A DNA stretch of 64,000 nt from Gekko japonicus (taxonomy: Eukaryota). The DNA lies in NCBI RefSeq assembly GCF_001447785.1, contig NW_015170905.1:866436-930435 (forward strand). The letters are read 5' to 3'. Of this stretch, positions 37,750 to 50,012 are shown piece by piece (position 1 is the stretch's first letter; each line of letters begins with the position of its first letter). The notes under the pieces are model-generated. The model made no database searches and was not told the origin of the DNA. It saw only the letters and a list, made by a program, of their open reading frames with translations. The translations under genes and the position numbers were made by a program.

Positions 37750-38830
37750 TCTTTGGCCTATGTTGAGTCATTCCACCACAAGTGCAAATCATTACAGCAC
37801 ACCAGAATATCTAACTAACTGCAATCTCCCTAGTCCAGATCTTGCAGGGACTTATCTGTATTAGCTGGGATTGAATGCTGCTGAGCTGCAAGCCAGACAC
37901 TCTGATGCCTGGCCTGCATTTTCCTGCTAACCCAGCTACCTCCAGCAGTCCAAGGGCGCTCAGGTGATAATTGAGGTAATGCTGCCTGTTGTGCCCTTCC
38001 CACTGCCAGCCTCAACCCTAATGGCTGCCACAGCAGTACACTAGCCTTGGGCTGAAGAACTTTTGAAATGGAAGGAACCACCTCCTCTGGTGGAGTACCC
38101 ATTGTTAGTCGTAAACATGGGCCCACCTCAACCACCTCCTCCTAATCTGAAGAGGCTTCTGCACTCCCCAACTCCACAACTCTTGGGTGCCCATGATATC
38201 ACTCCTCCAGTCTCCCCCCCAGTTTGTGAGTCTGGACCTGGCTTCTGTGGATAGGAACAATATAACTGGTGTAGCAATTCAGGTGCATAAATGTTAACAG
38301 AAGGTTCCCAAGAATGATTATCCAGGAAATACCACTCCCAAACCACAAGATACTAAAGCTGGCCCAGTCTTGGTGAGAATCCAAAATCTTTTCTTCGTCA
38401 TACTCTTCCTGCCCTTTCAACATGATTGGCAGTGGGGGTCGCATAGTTGCACCTAGCAAATGTGAAGGTACAGCAGGAACTAAAACAGGCCAGTGAAAAA
38501 CAGGATGGGTACACAGTGTAGGGGGAAGCTATAACCAATATGCCATTGGATTAATTTGCTCAGTAATTCAGTAAAGTCCAATAAATCAATCATCTAATTT
38601 TTGAGATGGTCGCTGGCTGTGAATGTGCTGAGTAAACAGTCATACCTGATCCTCAACTTTTAAAAGCTCTCCAGGTTGCCATTTATGGCCAGCAACTTCC
38701 TTATAAGCCTGCTTGGCCTGTTATAATTGCTCCTGAAGAAACTGATAGAGTCCAGAGCTCCTGAAAAAAAATCAGTAGAAGGAACAGTCAAGGCAGGTGC
38801 TGTTTAAGGAAAGAGCAAGGATGGAATTCA
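37750..38830 (-). mobile_element. Chromoviral Ty3/Gypsy 3' fragment (integrase tail, chromodomain, PPT, LTR start)
   Basis: Minus-strand QRPSQKLDD...QINPMAY...HPVFH, GQEEYDEEKILDS, SWEP..NIYAPELL and YPQKPGP. Purine tract ~38200-38220. Confidence 0.75.
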
Positions 38831-38833
38831 TAT

Positions 38834-38886
38834 TGTTGTTGTTCAGTCGCACAGTCGAGTCCCACTCTTCATGACCCCATAGACCA
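38834..38886 (-). mobile_element. Short RTE/BovB-like 3' terminus
   Basis: gttgttgttcagtcgcacagtcgagtcccactcttcatgaccccatagacc resembles the BovB 3' end with its (CAA)n tail. Confidence 0.55.
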
Positions 38887-38889
38887 CAT

Positions 38890-39400
38890 CCTCTGGAAAT
38901 CCACCTTTTTGACAATATTCAACTTTTCTAAGAATGTGGAGATCAGAATAAACTGTATTAAAATAGTGTACAGGTGGTATCTCACACAGGAGCTGTTGAG
39001 GGAAACTCCTCTGATATTTGTTGGGAATGTGGCAAATGTGTGAGTACCTTGCTCCATTTGTGATGGAACTGCCCCTTAATTAAAAGTTACTGGAGGAAGG
39101 GCACTAGGGAACCTGACAATCACATGGGTGAGAGTTCCTTTGTCATTTCTAATACATTTGCTGGTCTTAACAAAATGGCTTTCCCTAGTACTTAATATTG
39201 CAGATGGTGGCGGCTGCAAAGATTCTTCCAGCTAAAGGCTGGAAGCAACCTCAGGGACCGGGACCTAAAAAGTGAAACCTAGCTATGAAAGATATCAATA
39301 CAGACTTGTGTTTTGTGAACAGCAACTTCCCTTTTGCCATATATTGAACCACTTGTGAAACTGAGGGGAACTGGAAAAGCAATTTGTCATATGGCATGGT
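38890..39400 (+). mobile_element. Decayed L1-clade ORF2 C-terminal fragment
   Basis: Remnant KIVYRWYLT...ICWECG...LLHL*WNCPLIKSYW (zinc-knuckle region). Confidence 0.6.
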
Positions 39401-39543
39401 GGTTTGAAGTCATATCCTATAATGGTCTGATTAATATGTCCAAACAAATATCTCCTTGTGTTCCACTCTGGTATGAATTTAAGTTTCAGCACATAAGCCA
39501 TTTGCCATTGAAAAGAGTAAATTATATAACATAAAATGGTAAA

Positions 39544-40495
39544 GTTTTTTAAATATTTGGGGGTTACATTTCCATATAATGGTAACCCGGCAGCTCACAT
39601 CAAATCAGTGGCTGTTTCTGCAGAAAGAACCGCTTCTGCTATACTTAGATTCTTCAGAATGGATGGTGCACTATCCCAGCTGCCTTGAAACTTTTTTCTG
39701 CTAAAGTTTTACCTCAAATGAGATATGGGACACAAACTATGCGTTTTACAAATCTTCAGGCGCTAGAACTGGTCCAATCAAAATTTCTGAGATCCCTTTT
39801 TAATACTCCAAGATGTACTTCCAATGTCGTTCTGAGACAAGAAGCTGGTCTCAGTACAGTCGAACTGAACATTTGGTTGCATTCTCTTTGTTTTTGGCTG
39901 AAAGTCCACCTTTTTCCCGCTGGGTTATTTCCACTTCTATTGGCCGCATCTCCTTACCCCCAGTGGTTCACTAGAGCCATCAACAAACTGAGAACATTAG
40001 GATTAGACCCGTACCATCTTCTGGAAGGCGGCTCTGCTAGGGCAAAAACTATTGCTTATCAACGTCTCAGAGATATTGAGTTACAAACGTCTTACACCGT
40101 ACTCCCGCCTCTTTATAAATACCAGGCATTTGAGACTTTGCTCATGCCCTTCTGAGTCAATTGAGACCCTCCCCCATATATTACTTCATTGCTCTTATTA
40201 TGCAGAAGAAAGAGCCCTCTTAATCACACCTATAGTAAGATCATTTAGGTTCCAAGGACAACTAGTAATCCATTCTGAGGAACTTTTGCTGAAATACTTA
40301 TTGGAGGATAAATCCTCCGCAATATCAAGGAATGTTGCTAAATTTCTTTTTATTGCATTTACAAAGCGCGAGCACCTCCTTAAAACTTCTTATGATGTCT
40401 CACTTCTGTAATGCTTTGGTAACCTGGGACTGTCTTGTTTGTTCCTGTATGCTGTGTGATGGGTCTCTGACCGTAATAAACTCTGATGATGATAT
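39544..40495 (+). mobile_element. 5'-truncated RTE-X-like LINE
   Basis: FKYLGVTF, LELVQSKFLRSLFNTPRCTSNVVLRQEAG and RLCSCPSESIETLPHILLHC. 3' end ggtctctgaccgtaataaac-(tga)n. TSD-like cataaaatgg on both sides. Confidence 0.8.
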
Positions 40496-40729
40496 CATAA
40501 AATGGGGTAAATAGGAAGGTGACTAGGGCAAGCAGCCCAATTATACACACAGCAGAAGATTATGGACATTTTTAAAGGAAAAGTTGCACTGAGTTGATGC
40601 ATTCAGATTTGTTCTTAAAGTAACTTTTTGAATATAGTGCAAGTGACCACTGCCCCTTCCTCATCCTTATTTCTCCCTTTCTGTAACAGAACTTTCCAAC
40701 ATCAAATTTAACTGCCAGTGTATCAGAAC

Positions 40730-41303
40730 TGGGGGTGTGCATTCAGAAAAAGCCAAACCGGAAAGAAAAAAAGAAAAGAAAAAAGATCAGGCGGGTAACC
40801 CAGGCATGTTTGCATGCCTGCCCTTTGCTTCCCCAGCCAGCCCGCCATGGTCGGTTGGCCGGGGAAGAAAAGGGCAGGCCTCCAGACATGTCCCCTTCCT
40901 TCCCTGAGCCTCTCTGCTTTTGCAGAGAAACTCGCCTGGCATTTTAAACATGCCTGGCTTCCTGCCTGTCCTTCTCCAGCTACCCCATGTCAGCCAGAGA
41001 AAGGAAGGCAGAGAGCAGAAGCTTTCCCTTCTCCATTTCAGTCATGGCTGACTCGCAGGGAGTGAAATTGACAAGGAAATCCCTAGGGGCTACCAGAGGG
41101 AAAGAAGGCATTTTAACACACCTCCATTCCCTCTGGTGGTGTATATCAGACACGAATATATTTGGGAATACCAAATATTTCCCCAGTCCAAATACTTTAC
41201 CAGTATTGGACTGTGGAAATTCGGCATTTAACAATATTTTTCGAGTCTAATTTAGCCAAAGCCGAAAAATGCCGGCATTTTTTTTTTTTTTTGCACACCC
41301 CTA
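40730..41303. mobile_element. hAT-type MITE, TAGGGGTGTGCA family
   Basis: tgggggtgtgca...tgcacacccta. TSD atcagaac/gtcaggac (6/8). Confidence 0.75.
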
Positions 41304-42929
41304 GTCAGGACTTGGGAGCTAAAGATTTTTTTTAATTACAATATTGGTTATTGATCCAGATTGCACATACAGCACAAATTCATGAGCATTCCTTTAATCG
41401 CCTGCATCTTTGTAAGTACCTTATACAAACATAAACATTTCAATATAGAGTTGCTGTATCGTGAACCATTTTCTCCCTAAAATTCCATGTAATTTATGCT
41501 AAAGTGGAATAAACTAAAGTATGTATACAACTAGGCTACTGGGTCCTTGTTTAGTTGCTTCTTTTGATTGTTGATGCTAGCAATTCCAGCAGTAGTTCAA
41601 ATCAAACATTAATTGGAATCCCAAATTCTGACTGTTTTAGTATTTTACCCCAGAGTTTTATAAGCTAGGCAGAAATGCAAGGGGACATTGCAGAAAAAGG
41701 GCTTTAAAAATATTACCACAATGATGGGAAAGAATAAGTTTTCTATAATATAGAATACATTACATAATGATGCCACAAGAGTAATAGTTTATGTACTAAC
41801 GTCTTTATTCTGTTGTTATTAACTATTTAAATATTAATAGAGTTGATGCCACTTAAACAAAGCCATTCAGATTGTCTCACTATTTTGCTTCTGAATTAAA
41901 AAGACTGAACTTCAGCTCTTTTAAAGAACTGCAAATAACAATGCAGCTTGACAGAGAAATGATTGAATTTGCCAGTGTGCAAAGCCCGCTAGTTTACAAG
42001 GGCATTGTCAAGTGTTTCTGAGTCTTGGTATCCCTGAGGGCATTTGCTTGAGTATTGAATGAATTAATGCATGATTTTATTTTTGGAGTGTGTGTGTGTG
42101 GGGAGGTCTAAAGTAAATAAGTTGCAGATACTTTCATAATTAATGCCAAATTGCACACCATGAAAAGACAATTTTCCTTTGAAGGATAAAAATGTGTACA
42201 TTTATCTAGTCACCTAGAGAACTGTTTTAAAAGTACAGTTCAAATGAATTCTGTTGTTGTTGTTGTTTTGTTATTCAGCATGAATCCTAGATTTGCTTCA
42301 ACAGAACTTACACATAAGTAAATGTGCCTAACATTTGCAACCTGAATCACTTGGATAAAACAATAAAATGAAAAAAAAAAATGTCAGCCGCTTCCTTGGA
42401 ATATTTTAGATTACTTAAATGAACCTGATTCCAGCCTTTTTTGTGTGTGCACTGGGGACTCTTAGCTACAATTGGTTCCTCGTCGTTTCTTTTATCAGTT
42501 ACTTGGTCTGTTGCTGCTATTAGGCATGGTACAGCCATTACACCAAACCATGATTTAATTGAATTAACTATAACTTGTGTGACCATCCTAATTCAGGTCA
42601 CAACAAGGAGCAGGCCTAGGGATTTTTGGAGTCTAAACTATGACTTTGCCCTCTCATAAGTATTTTAATTATTTATCATTATTTAACTGGCATTTGAAAT
42701 GAACTATATAAAATTAAAAATATAAATTCACTTCTGTCTAATATAGCATCGTTTAAAACCATGGTACCCTAGGCAACTGCCCAGTTCTCCTACATGTTAA
42801 TACCAGCCATGACCACTTCATTAACTGTGGTTACTTAGGGTTTATCAAACCAGGCTGTAAAACCAATATTGTTTTATGTTGTTAGCCACGTTGGGCACAC
42901 TCTGCAGTGTGTAGGATAGAATCTTTTAC

Positions 42930-43017
42930 CTAAGTATGTAAATAGTTGGAAGTTGGTTTATTAACCACAATCTTAACTGGTTTTGTATGCAGCATTTGCT
43001 GCAGAGCCAACCAGTGT
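42930..43017 (-). CDS. Candidate 88-nt exon
   Basis: ttcttttcactgcctctcctgcag acceptor and TAG|GTAAAA donor. Frames HWLALQQMLHTKPVKIVVNKPTSNYLHT* or TGWLCSKCC.... Confidence 0.3.
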
Positions 43018-43898
43018 CTGCAGGAGAGGCAGTGAAAAGAATTAAGCTGATAAAATTATCATTTGTTGAGGCAAGATTGGTATGACAATCTGTGATCTGA
43101 ATCCCTTGTTTCACAAACTCATTGTAATTGAAATAAATCATGATTTTGCAGTGTGTGCTAGATTCAACAAGCTATTCTGCTAATGAAAAAGGAAGGATGA
43201 TTCCTCCCAACAAAAAGACTATGCTAGGGATCATGACTTCATGTACCAAAACCATAAGTCATGGGTACTGGTTCGGCTGAGACTGAGTCCTCCTCAGATG
43301 AGGAAGGGGCAGGGAGCAACTCAGCTTCCTCTGGAGTCAGCCAATAAGAAGAACCCTCAACAGTACCTGAGGAGGAAGAGTCCCCAGCAGTTGCACAAGA
43401 GGTGCAGGCAGAAGGAGAGATCATTCCTGGGCCAGCACCCTCAGCTGCAGACACCCCGAGGCCAGACTCTCCGCCTAGTTCTCCTGAGTGCCCCAGATGT
43501 AGGGCACGCTAGCGGCTGACTATGCAGGGGCAAAGAAGGACTGCCAGACTGCAGCTCCTCCAAAGGCAACGGGAAAAGTTGTAAGCCTTTGCAGACTCAA
43601 CTCCCAGGGAAGGAAGGACCTGTTCAAAAACCCTCCGTGCAGCTGCTTCAGTGCGGCAGCAACTCTGCGTAATCAGACCTGCTTCTGAGTGTGCAGCAGC
43701 CACTCCTTGTCCTTGGAAACTTGCAATCTTGACTTGACTCCCCAGGTATCTGACCTTTGTTACTGACCTTGATGTCGGACTGTGTTTCTAGCTTCTTGTG
43801 TATAGTCTCGGTGGCCACCAGCCAAGATAGCACACCACAGGGGATGGGGGCTGCAATAAAGGGGGATGGGTGCATAAAAAAGATGGATGGCTCCAACT

Positions 43899-44238
43899 TA
43901 GGGATGCCAGGTCCTACCTGTGATCCAGTGAGGAGGTCCCGGGTCTGGCCTGGGATCTTCTGCCATGCATGTAAAGCATGCAGGGTACAATAATGTCCCC
44001 TGGAAGTGACACTCTAGGTTTTGGGCAAAACTCTATGGGGGTTTTTGCTTCAAAACCATAGAGTTTTCCCCCAAACCCAATATCGGTGACATGACATCAC
44101 TTCCAGGTGATGTCATTGTGTCAGGGGCACTGCCCAGTGATGTTCCTGTTTGGGAGTGGGGCTTCCCCCACTGGCAGCAGATCTAAACCCCAGAAAATCA
44201 GGGTAACCCCCACCCGGACTGGGGGTCTGGCAACCCTA
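43899..44238. mobile_element. hAT-type MITE (TAGGGTTGCCA family)
   Basis: tagggatgcca...tggcaacccta. TSD ctccaact/ctccaacc (7/8). Confidence 0.8.
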
Positions 44239-45376
44239 CTCCAACCCTATGTCTGAAACTAGTCAATGCTTAATAATAATCAATATGTCTTATTCTTAAT
44301 ATGGCCCTATCTGTGAAAACTTAAATCTGTGGATGAGGACCATGTAGACAAAAATTTCTCTACAAAGAAATTTCAGAAATATCTGAAAACAGGAAAAATG
44401 GGGAAGGGTTAAAAAACAAACTAGGGAAGCATTGTCTGTGCAGGTGCAGAGAACATAAAGGAAACAGATCCCAGGAAGCTGTAGTGGGTGGAGGTAATGG
44501 CAGCTGACGAAAGAGGGGAAGAACCTAGATGGGAAGGGAGAGAGGACAGGCAAGCAAGTGGGAGTGGGTATGAAGTTCAAAAGGAATAAGTAGAGGAGGC
44601 AGGAGTGACCCCCACTTGTTGTAATAATGATACTAATAATAAGTTGTAGTGAGAACATTTTTTTAAAGCACATAGCATGTTAATTTTTAACAAGCCACAA
44701 AAGCTAACTGATAGAATATACATTTTTAAAAGATCTGGTACTTTTCAAGGATATGTACAGAACATTTATGCAATAAATGGCAAAGTAGCAATGGGGTACA
44801 AAATGAGATGAGGGATAGTTCAAAACATGTTTCATGTATCTTCCTTTGCATGTTCATTGCTAAGCAATGTGTGTAACAGATACAGAGGCTACAGGAGCTT
44901 GTGGCACCATATAGATTAGCAGATTTATTGTTGCATTAGAGTTTATGCCACAATAAATATGTTAATCTTTATTCTGCTGCAGTACCCTTTCTCTCCCCCC
45001 CCTCCAGTGCAACAGATTAACATGGCTGCCTTCCTTGACTCTATGAAGACAGTATCTGAAAATCGCTTCAGAGGTAATATGTTTGCAGCTGTTCACAAAG
45101 TACTGACAATCAGTGCAGCCTTTGTGAGCAATGTGAAAGAGCAGTTTGACTCACAGAACATGTTCAAATGTTAGGAGACAGGAGGAATGAAGCAGAGTGG
45201 CTGAAGAGAATGGGGCAGGCAGTAGACTGAGAAGTAGAGCCCTGAAAGATGGGTGAAAGCTTGATGGAAATAGACACAGAGAACTCACAGGCAGATCTCT
45301 TTTGGTGTTTGGCAAGCAGGAATTACACAGGTGCACTTTTTTTCTTGTGCTTTTTTCCTGTCAGTATACCTGCCAT

Positions 45377-45583
45377 CAGTGTTCCCTCTAAGCTGAGCTA
45401 ATGTGAGCTAGCTCACAGTTTTTTAGCCTCTGGCTCACAGATTTTTGTCTTAGCTCAGGAAGGGACGGCTCCAAAGCAAGCTAATTGATGCAGCAGCCAA
45501 ATTGCTTGCTCACAACTTTCATGCCAGTAGCTCACAAGATAGAATTTTTGCTCACAAGACTCCACAGCTTACAGGGAACATTG
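45377..45583. mobile_element. hAT-type MITE (CAGTGTTCCC family)
   Basis: TIR cagtgttccct / agggaacattg. Perfect TSD cctgccat at 45369-45376 and 45584-45591. Confidence 0.88.
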
Positions 45584-45674
45584 CCTGCCATTGTACAGAA
45601 GATTAGAAAAGGTAAACATATCAAGAGGATAACTGGAAGACAGAAAGAGAAGATTGAACATACTGGCCACTTAC

Positions 45675-45704
45675 CCATATCGTTTGCAAGTAAGGGGATC
45701 TAGA
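45675..45704 (-). CDS. Candidate 30-nt exon
   Basis: ttgtttttccctccattttccag|tctagatccccttacttgcaaacgatatgg|gtaagt. Open in two frames. Confidence 0.35.
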
Positions 45705-48146
45705 CTGGAAAATGGAGGGAAAAACAAACTCAAGAGAGAGTTAAGCACAGCCACAGAGTTGAATGTGTCTGGAAGTAGACTAAAGGAGTCTTTGTTCTCC
45801 TTTCCTTGTTTTTTGTTTCCTCTGCACCAAAGTAGACAGGCAAGCTGCAGCAACACAGGGGAACTGGACTGGCTGATCCATACAACCTTGCTGGTCATAG
45901 GACTTTAAAGGTACCAGAGCTTCTACCAAGAGTGCCTCAATTCCTTGCTGTCTCTCCATATATCCATTTATAGTACTCACACAGGACAATGTTGCTCCTG
46001 AATGAAGGTGCACAGAAGACTATAAATGGCAAGAGCCTAATAGTATTGTTAGTCTACTTAGAGTGTTTTTTGGTAATGGGGGGACTTGTACATATTTTAT
46101 TTTTTTAAGATCTGTATAAATAATTAAACATGGCTTCTGGTATAAGCTGGCCTAAATAAAGGATCTGAATGTGTTACACCACTTACTAATCAAGCTGAGT
46201 CTTCATTCCCCTTGATGAATACAATCTCCTGCACCGAGTTAAATGATACACTGTGCTTATGTAGCCATGTTTTGATTAGGCACAGATGCATTTAATTAGC
46301 AGTTTGTTTGATCAATTAGAAAATGAACCCTAAAGTCACCTACTTGCTTAGATCTGCTTTGAACAAGGATTTTAATCTTAGTGATGACTCCTAAAGAAAT
46401 GAAGGGGAAAGAATATAATTAAACCATTAGCACATGGGGGAAAATAAACCCTAACTAGGTATGAGGCAAGGAAAGCAAAGTAGCTTTAAATGCTAAATGT
46501 ATAGATTTCCAAAGCAGGAAGAGAGTCAAGTGGCTCATGGGGCGCGCAAAGGGCTATGAAGCTCTAAGCTGAACCCATATCATTTGTTCGTTGAATGTTC
46601 TCTCAATCAGTAATGACCAGCTGTGAAATTTTCACAAGAGCTAGGCATTGACTTTCTCTCCTCCTACTGAAATCAATAGTGAAATTCCCATTGACCTCAC
46701 CACTGGAGCAGAGTTAGATCAATACTTGAATGTTTTGGGGAAAAAAATGTCTGTCATAAACATGACAGTTATGTGAATATGATCTTTTTTAGTGTACCAT
46801 CCAGTTTCTATAATAGGAGACAATTTTTGTGTTTCAAAAATTGATATTAGATCCAGTCTACATGTAAAACTTTAGGAACCAAAGTTAAGATCCAGATCGT
46901 TCAGATCCAGATCTTTTTTTTTTAAATTGGGTGAGATCTGACTCTGAAATATTCACCAAAGCCTTGTTTTAGCTGTTTTATGAAGACAGTAAAAAACCTT
47001 TTTTGTTTACTCTTTTTTTTAGCACTATTATGATGATCATATTGTTTCCCACCCCAAACTCTTGGGATGAAAAGGGATATACATTAGATATAATAAAAAC
47101 ATAGAGAAGTGTTGCATAACTGAAACCTGTTATATTTGTGGCATTTACTTTTCTTTTTTTTAAAGAGGGTATATGGTAAGGGGATGCTTTTTGTGTTCCA
47201 TTACTTCTATCTAGAAGAAAACTTCAAATTCCACATCTGTTCTGAATTCATTATATGACTTTGGCTAAACTGATCTCTCATCTACCTCACCATAAACTGG
47301 GAAGGGGGGGGATAAAAGCAAAAGCAGCTTACCTTGTAAAGTTATTTTTTGGGTGAAGACAACAAAGATGATGAGGGCATTTCACAGATGTTAAAACCAG
47401 GTGTAGTGTCAAAAAATACAGCATTCCTCTCTAGTTTCAAATGAGGCACAGGGCATTGTTGGTGGAGCTGGTAATTATCCAGCTAATGGAGTTGGCCTGG
47501 AGGCCTTATAAGCATGTTCTGCCTCTCCCACAAAAGCATTTGTCATGTGCCACGCCCCCCCATCCACCCTCCTGTGAGCATCACAGGATTAGCCAGTTGA
47601 TGGAGGGCTAAGCAGGAATTTTGGGGTTCCCCTATAATCAACCTGTTGGAGGATCTTTTTTTTTTCTCCTTCATAAAGTTTCTGTGGGGTGCATAACACT
47701 TCAAACAGCTTGGCCTGTGAGTGGTTAGGCCGTAATTAGTTTTGTCATGAACTGGGCACATTGCTCATGATGGGTAAGGAAAATTGGTGAGCACCATGAG
47801 CCATTGTAAGCTGACGGAGGGCCATTCCTGTAACTCCATGGTTGGGTGGGGTTCAGAGGGAACATTTTTGATGCTAAGCAGCATCAATGAAATAGATGGC
47901 TGTGTGACATATTTGGAGAAGGGAACAGAAATTGTAACCCCTTGGGAATGTTTTATGTGCAAACAGGCATAAACAAGGCTGCTGCTGTAACTGCTGGCCA
48001 AGTTTGGAGCTATGGTGAAATTGCCTAAATGACAGCTGCTGGGGCCACCTAGCACAGCCTGACCTTAAAATATGTTAAAAAGGTATGATGTAGATATGCC
48101 ATTCAAATAACCTAGTTAAACCTAAAGTTGCCAACCTCCCAGTGGG

Positions 48147-48919
48147 AATATTTAAATACTAACGCACCATGTGCAATGTATATTAAGACTGAAATAAGCA
48201 CATAACTTATAGAGACAATATTTGTATTGTGTCTGTTGCTGTAAAGGTACAATACATTCACAAACTTAAATAATATGAACAAAACAAAACTCATACACAA
48301 TATTTCAAAAGTCTGAACACTTCAAGGAGTTGCCAAATCCACAACATGAAGCTTGTAAGACTATGCGGAGCTGGTAAGAAGAATCCTGTTTCTGTGCGCC
48401 TTCATCAGGACTTACAACCTCAATTTTTTGTGAATCAAAAACTTTTTCAACCATTTTTTTTTTGTAAGCATAGTATAAGGGCAAGATCAGCTCCATATTT
48501 CTCAGGACTTAGAACATATAGTTGAAAGAGGGAATCACTGATGGAGTTTCAAAACCTGGTGACAGCCTACAGAAATTCACAGGTGGCTAGATTTTGATTC
48601 ACAAAAAGCTGAGGTTGTAAAAACCTGATGAAGGTGCACAGAAACAGGATTCTTCTTACTGGCTTCCCGTAGTCTTGCGAACTTCATGTTCTGAATTTGA
48701 CAACTCCTTAAAGTGTTAAATTTTTTGAAATATTGTGCATGAATTTTGTTTTGTTCATATTATTTAAGTTTGTGAATGTATTGTACCTTTACAGCAACTG
48801 ACACAATAAAATATTGTCTATATAAGTAATATGTTTATTTCAATCTTAATATACTTTTCACATGGTGCTTTAATATTTGAATATTGTCTTCCACACCATG
48901 GTATTTCTGTTGTAGTAAT
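48147..48919. mobile_element. Long inverted repeat, probably Penelope-derived, with hammerhead cores, nested in a TAGGGTTGCCA-type repeat
   Basis: ~48147-48440 is the reverse complement of ~48590-48884. Both arms carry CTGATGA-AGG(C/T)GCACA-GAAAC. TSD-like aacctcccagtggg / aaccttccactggg (12/14). Confidence 0.7.
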
Positions 48920-49084
48920 AACCTTCCACTGGGGCCTTGGAATCTCCAGGAATTACAACACCTCTCTGGACTGCAGAAATCAGTTGTCCTGGAAATGACT
49001 GCTTGGGAGGGTGGAATCCATCATCATCACCATTTATTTGCCAGATTTGTATCCCACCTCTCTGCCTTTACAAAGGCCAACAAG

Positions 49085-49552
49085 TAGGGTTGCCAAGTCC
49101 ATCTTCCACCCCCAGCGGGGGACTTTGGGGGCGTTCCTGGAGGGGGTGGGGCATCCCCGATGTGATGACGTCACGTTGGGGACATCCACCCGCCCGCGCA
49201 CCTGATCTCCAGAAACGCCAGTTCCCTGCACTTAAAGGAGCCGGTGTTTCCCTTTTAAGTGCAGGAGCTGCCATTTCCCCTTTAAGAGCAAAGAGCCGCA
49301 TTTCCCTTTTAAGTGCATGAAGCTGGCATTTCCCTGCAAGCCTGATCTCAAGCAGAGATCGGGCTTGGGAGGAAACACGGGTTCCACACACTTAAAGGTA
49401 GCCACCCCTCTCTCTCAAGAGAGAAGGGAGAGGGGTGGCTGTGGGTGTTGGGGGTGGGGGTGGGGCTTCCTCCGCCGGCCATCTGGCCGGCAGCGGGTAG
49501 AACCCCCCCAAAATGGGGGGACCCCTGGCAAACCGGTGGGTTGGAAACCCTA
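49085..49552. mobile_element. GC-rich MITE with TAGGGTTGCCA termini and an internal ~30-bp tandem repeat
   Basis: tagggttgcca...tggaaacccta. Repeated ttccc(c)ttt(t)aagtgca units at ~49222-49340. TSD not clear. Confidence 0.7.
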
Positions 49553-49685
49553 CCTCAAGGGCAACTAACAATTTCAAACATACACAATACAATTACATTA
49601 TAAAACCAGTAAAATCAACCCCTCTCCCAAACATGTATCATTAAAACAATGTTAAAAAAAACTTTTAAAACGGTTAAAATGCATA

Positions 49686-50012
49686 AAGGTAAAGGTTCCC
49701 TTGCTTGAAAGCTAGTCGAATCCAACTCTAGGGTTGTGGTGCTCATCTCCATTTCAAAGCCGAAGAGCCAGCGCTGTCCGAAGACGTTTCCGTGGTCATG
49801 TGGCCGGCATGACTAAACACCAAGGCGCACGGAACGCTGTTACCTTCCCACTGAAGTGGTACCTATTTATCTACTTGCAGTTTCTTGCTTTCGAACTGCT
49901 AGGTTGGCAGGAGCTGGAACTAGAGACGCGAACTCACTCTGTCATGCGGCACACTCGGGTCTCAAACTGCTGAACTACCGACCTTCCACACCCTGCAGTT
50001 CAGCGTCTTAAC
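49686..50012 (-). mobile_element. Sauria SINE, slightly 5'-truncated
   Basis: Reverse complement of 14820-15150, with aaaggtaaaggt tail. Confidence 0.9.

Noticed and set aside
45008-45073. Plus-strand exon candidate VQQINMAAFLDSMKTVSENRFR
   Set aside because: Splice signals are plausible, but there is no supporting chain of plus-strand exons and no recognised homolog, so it is left uncalled.
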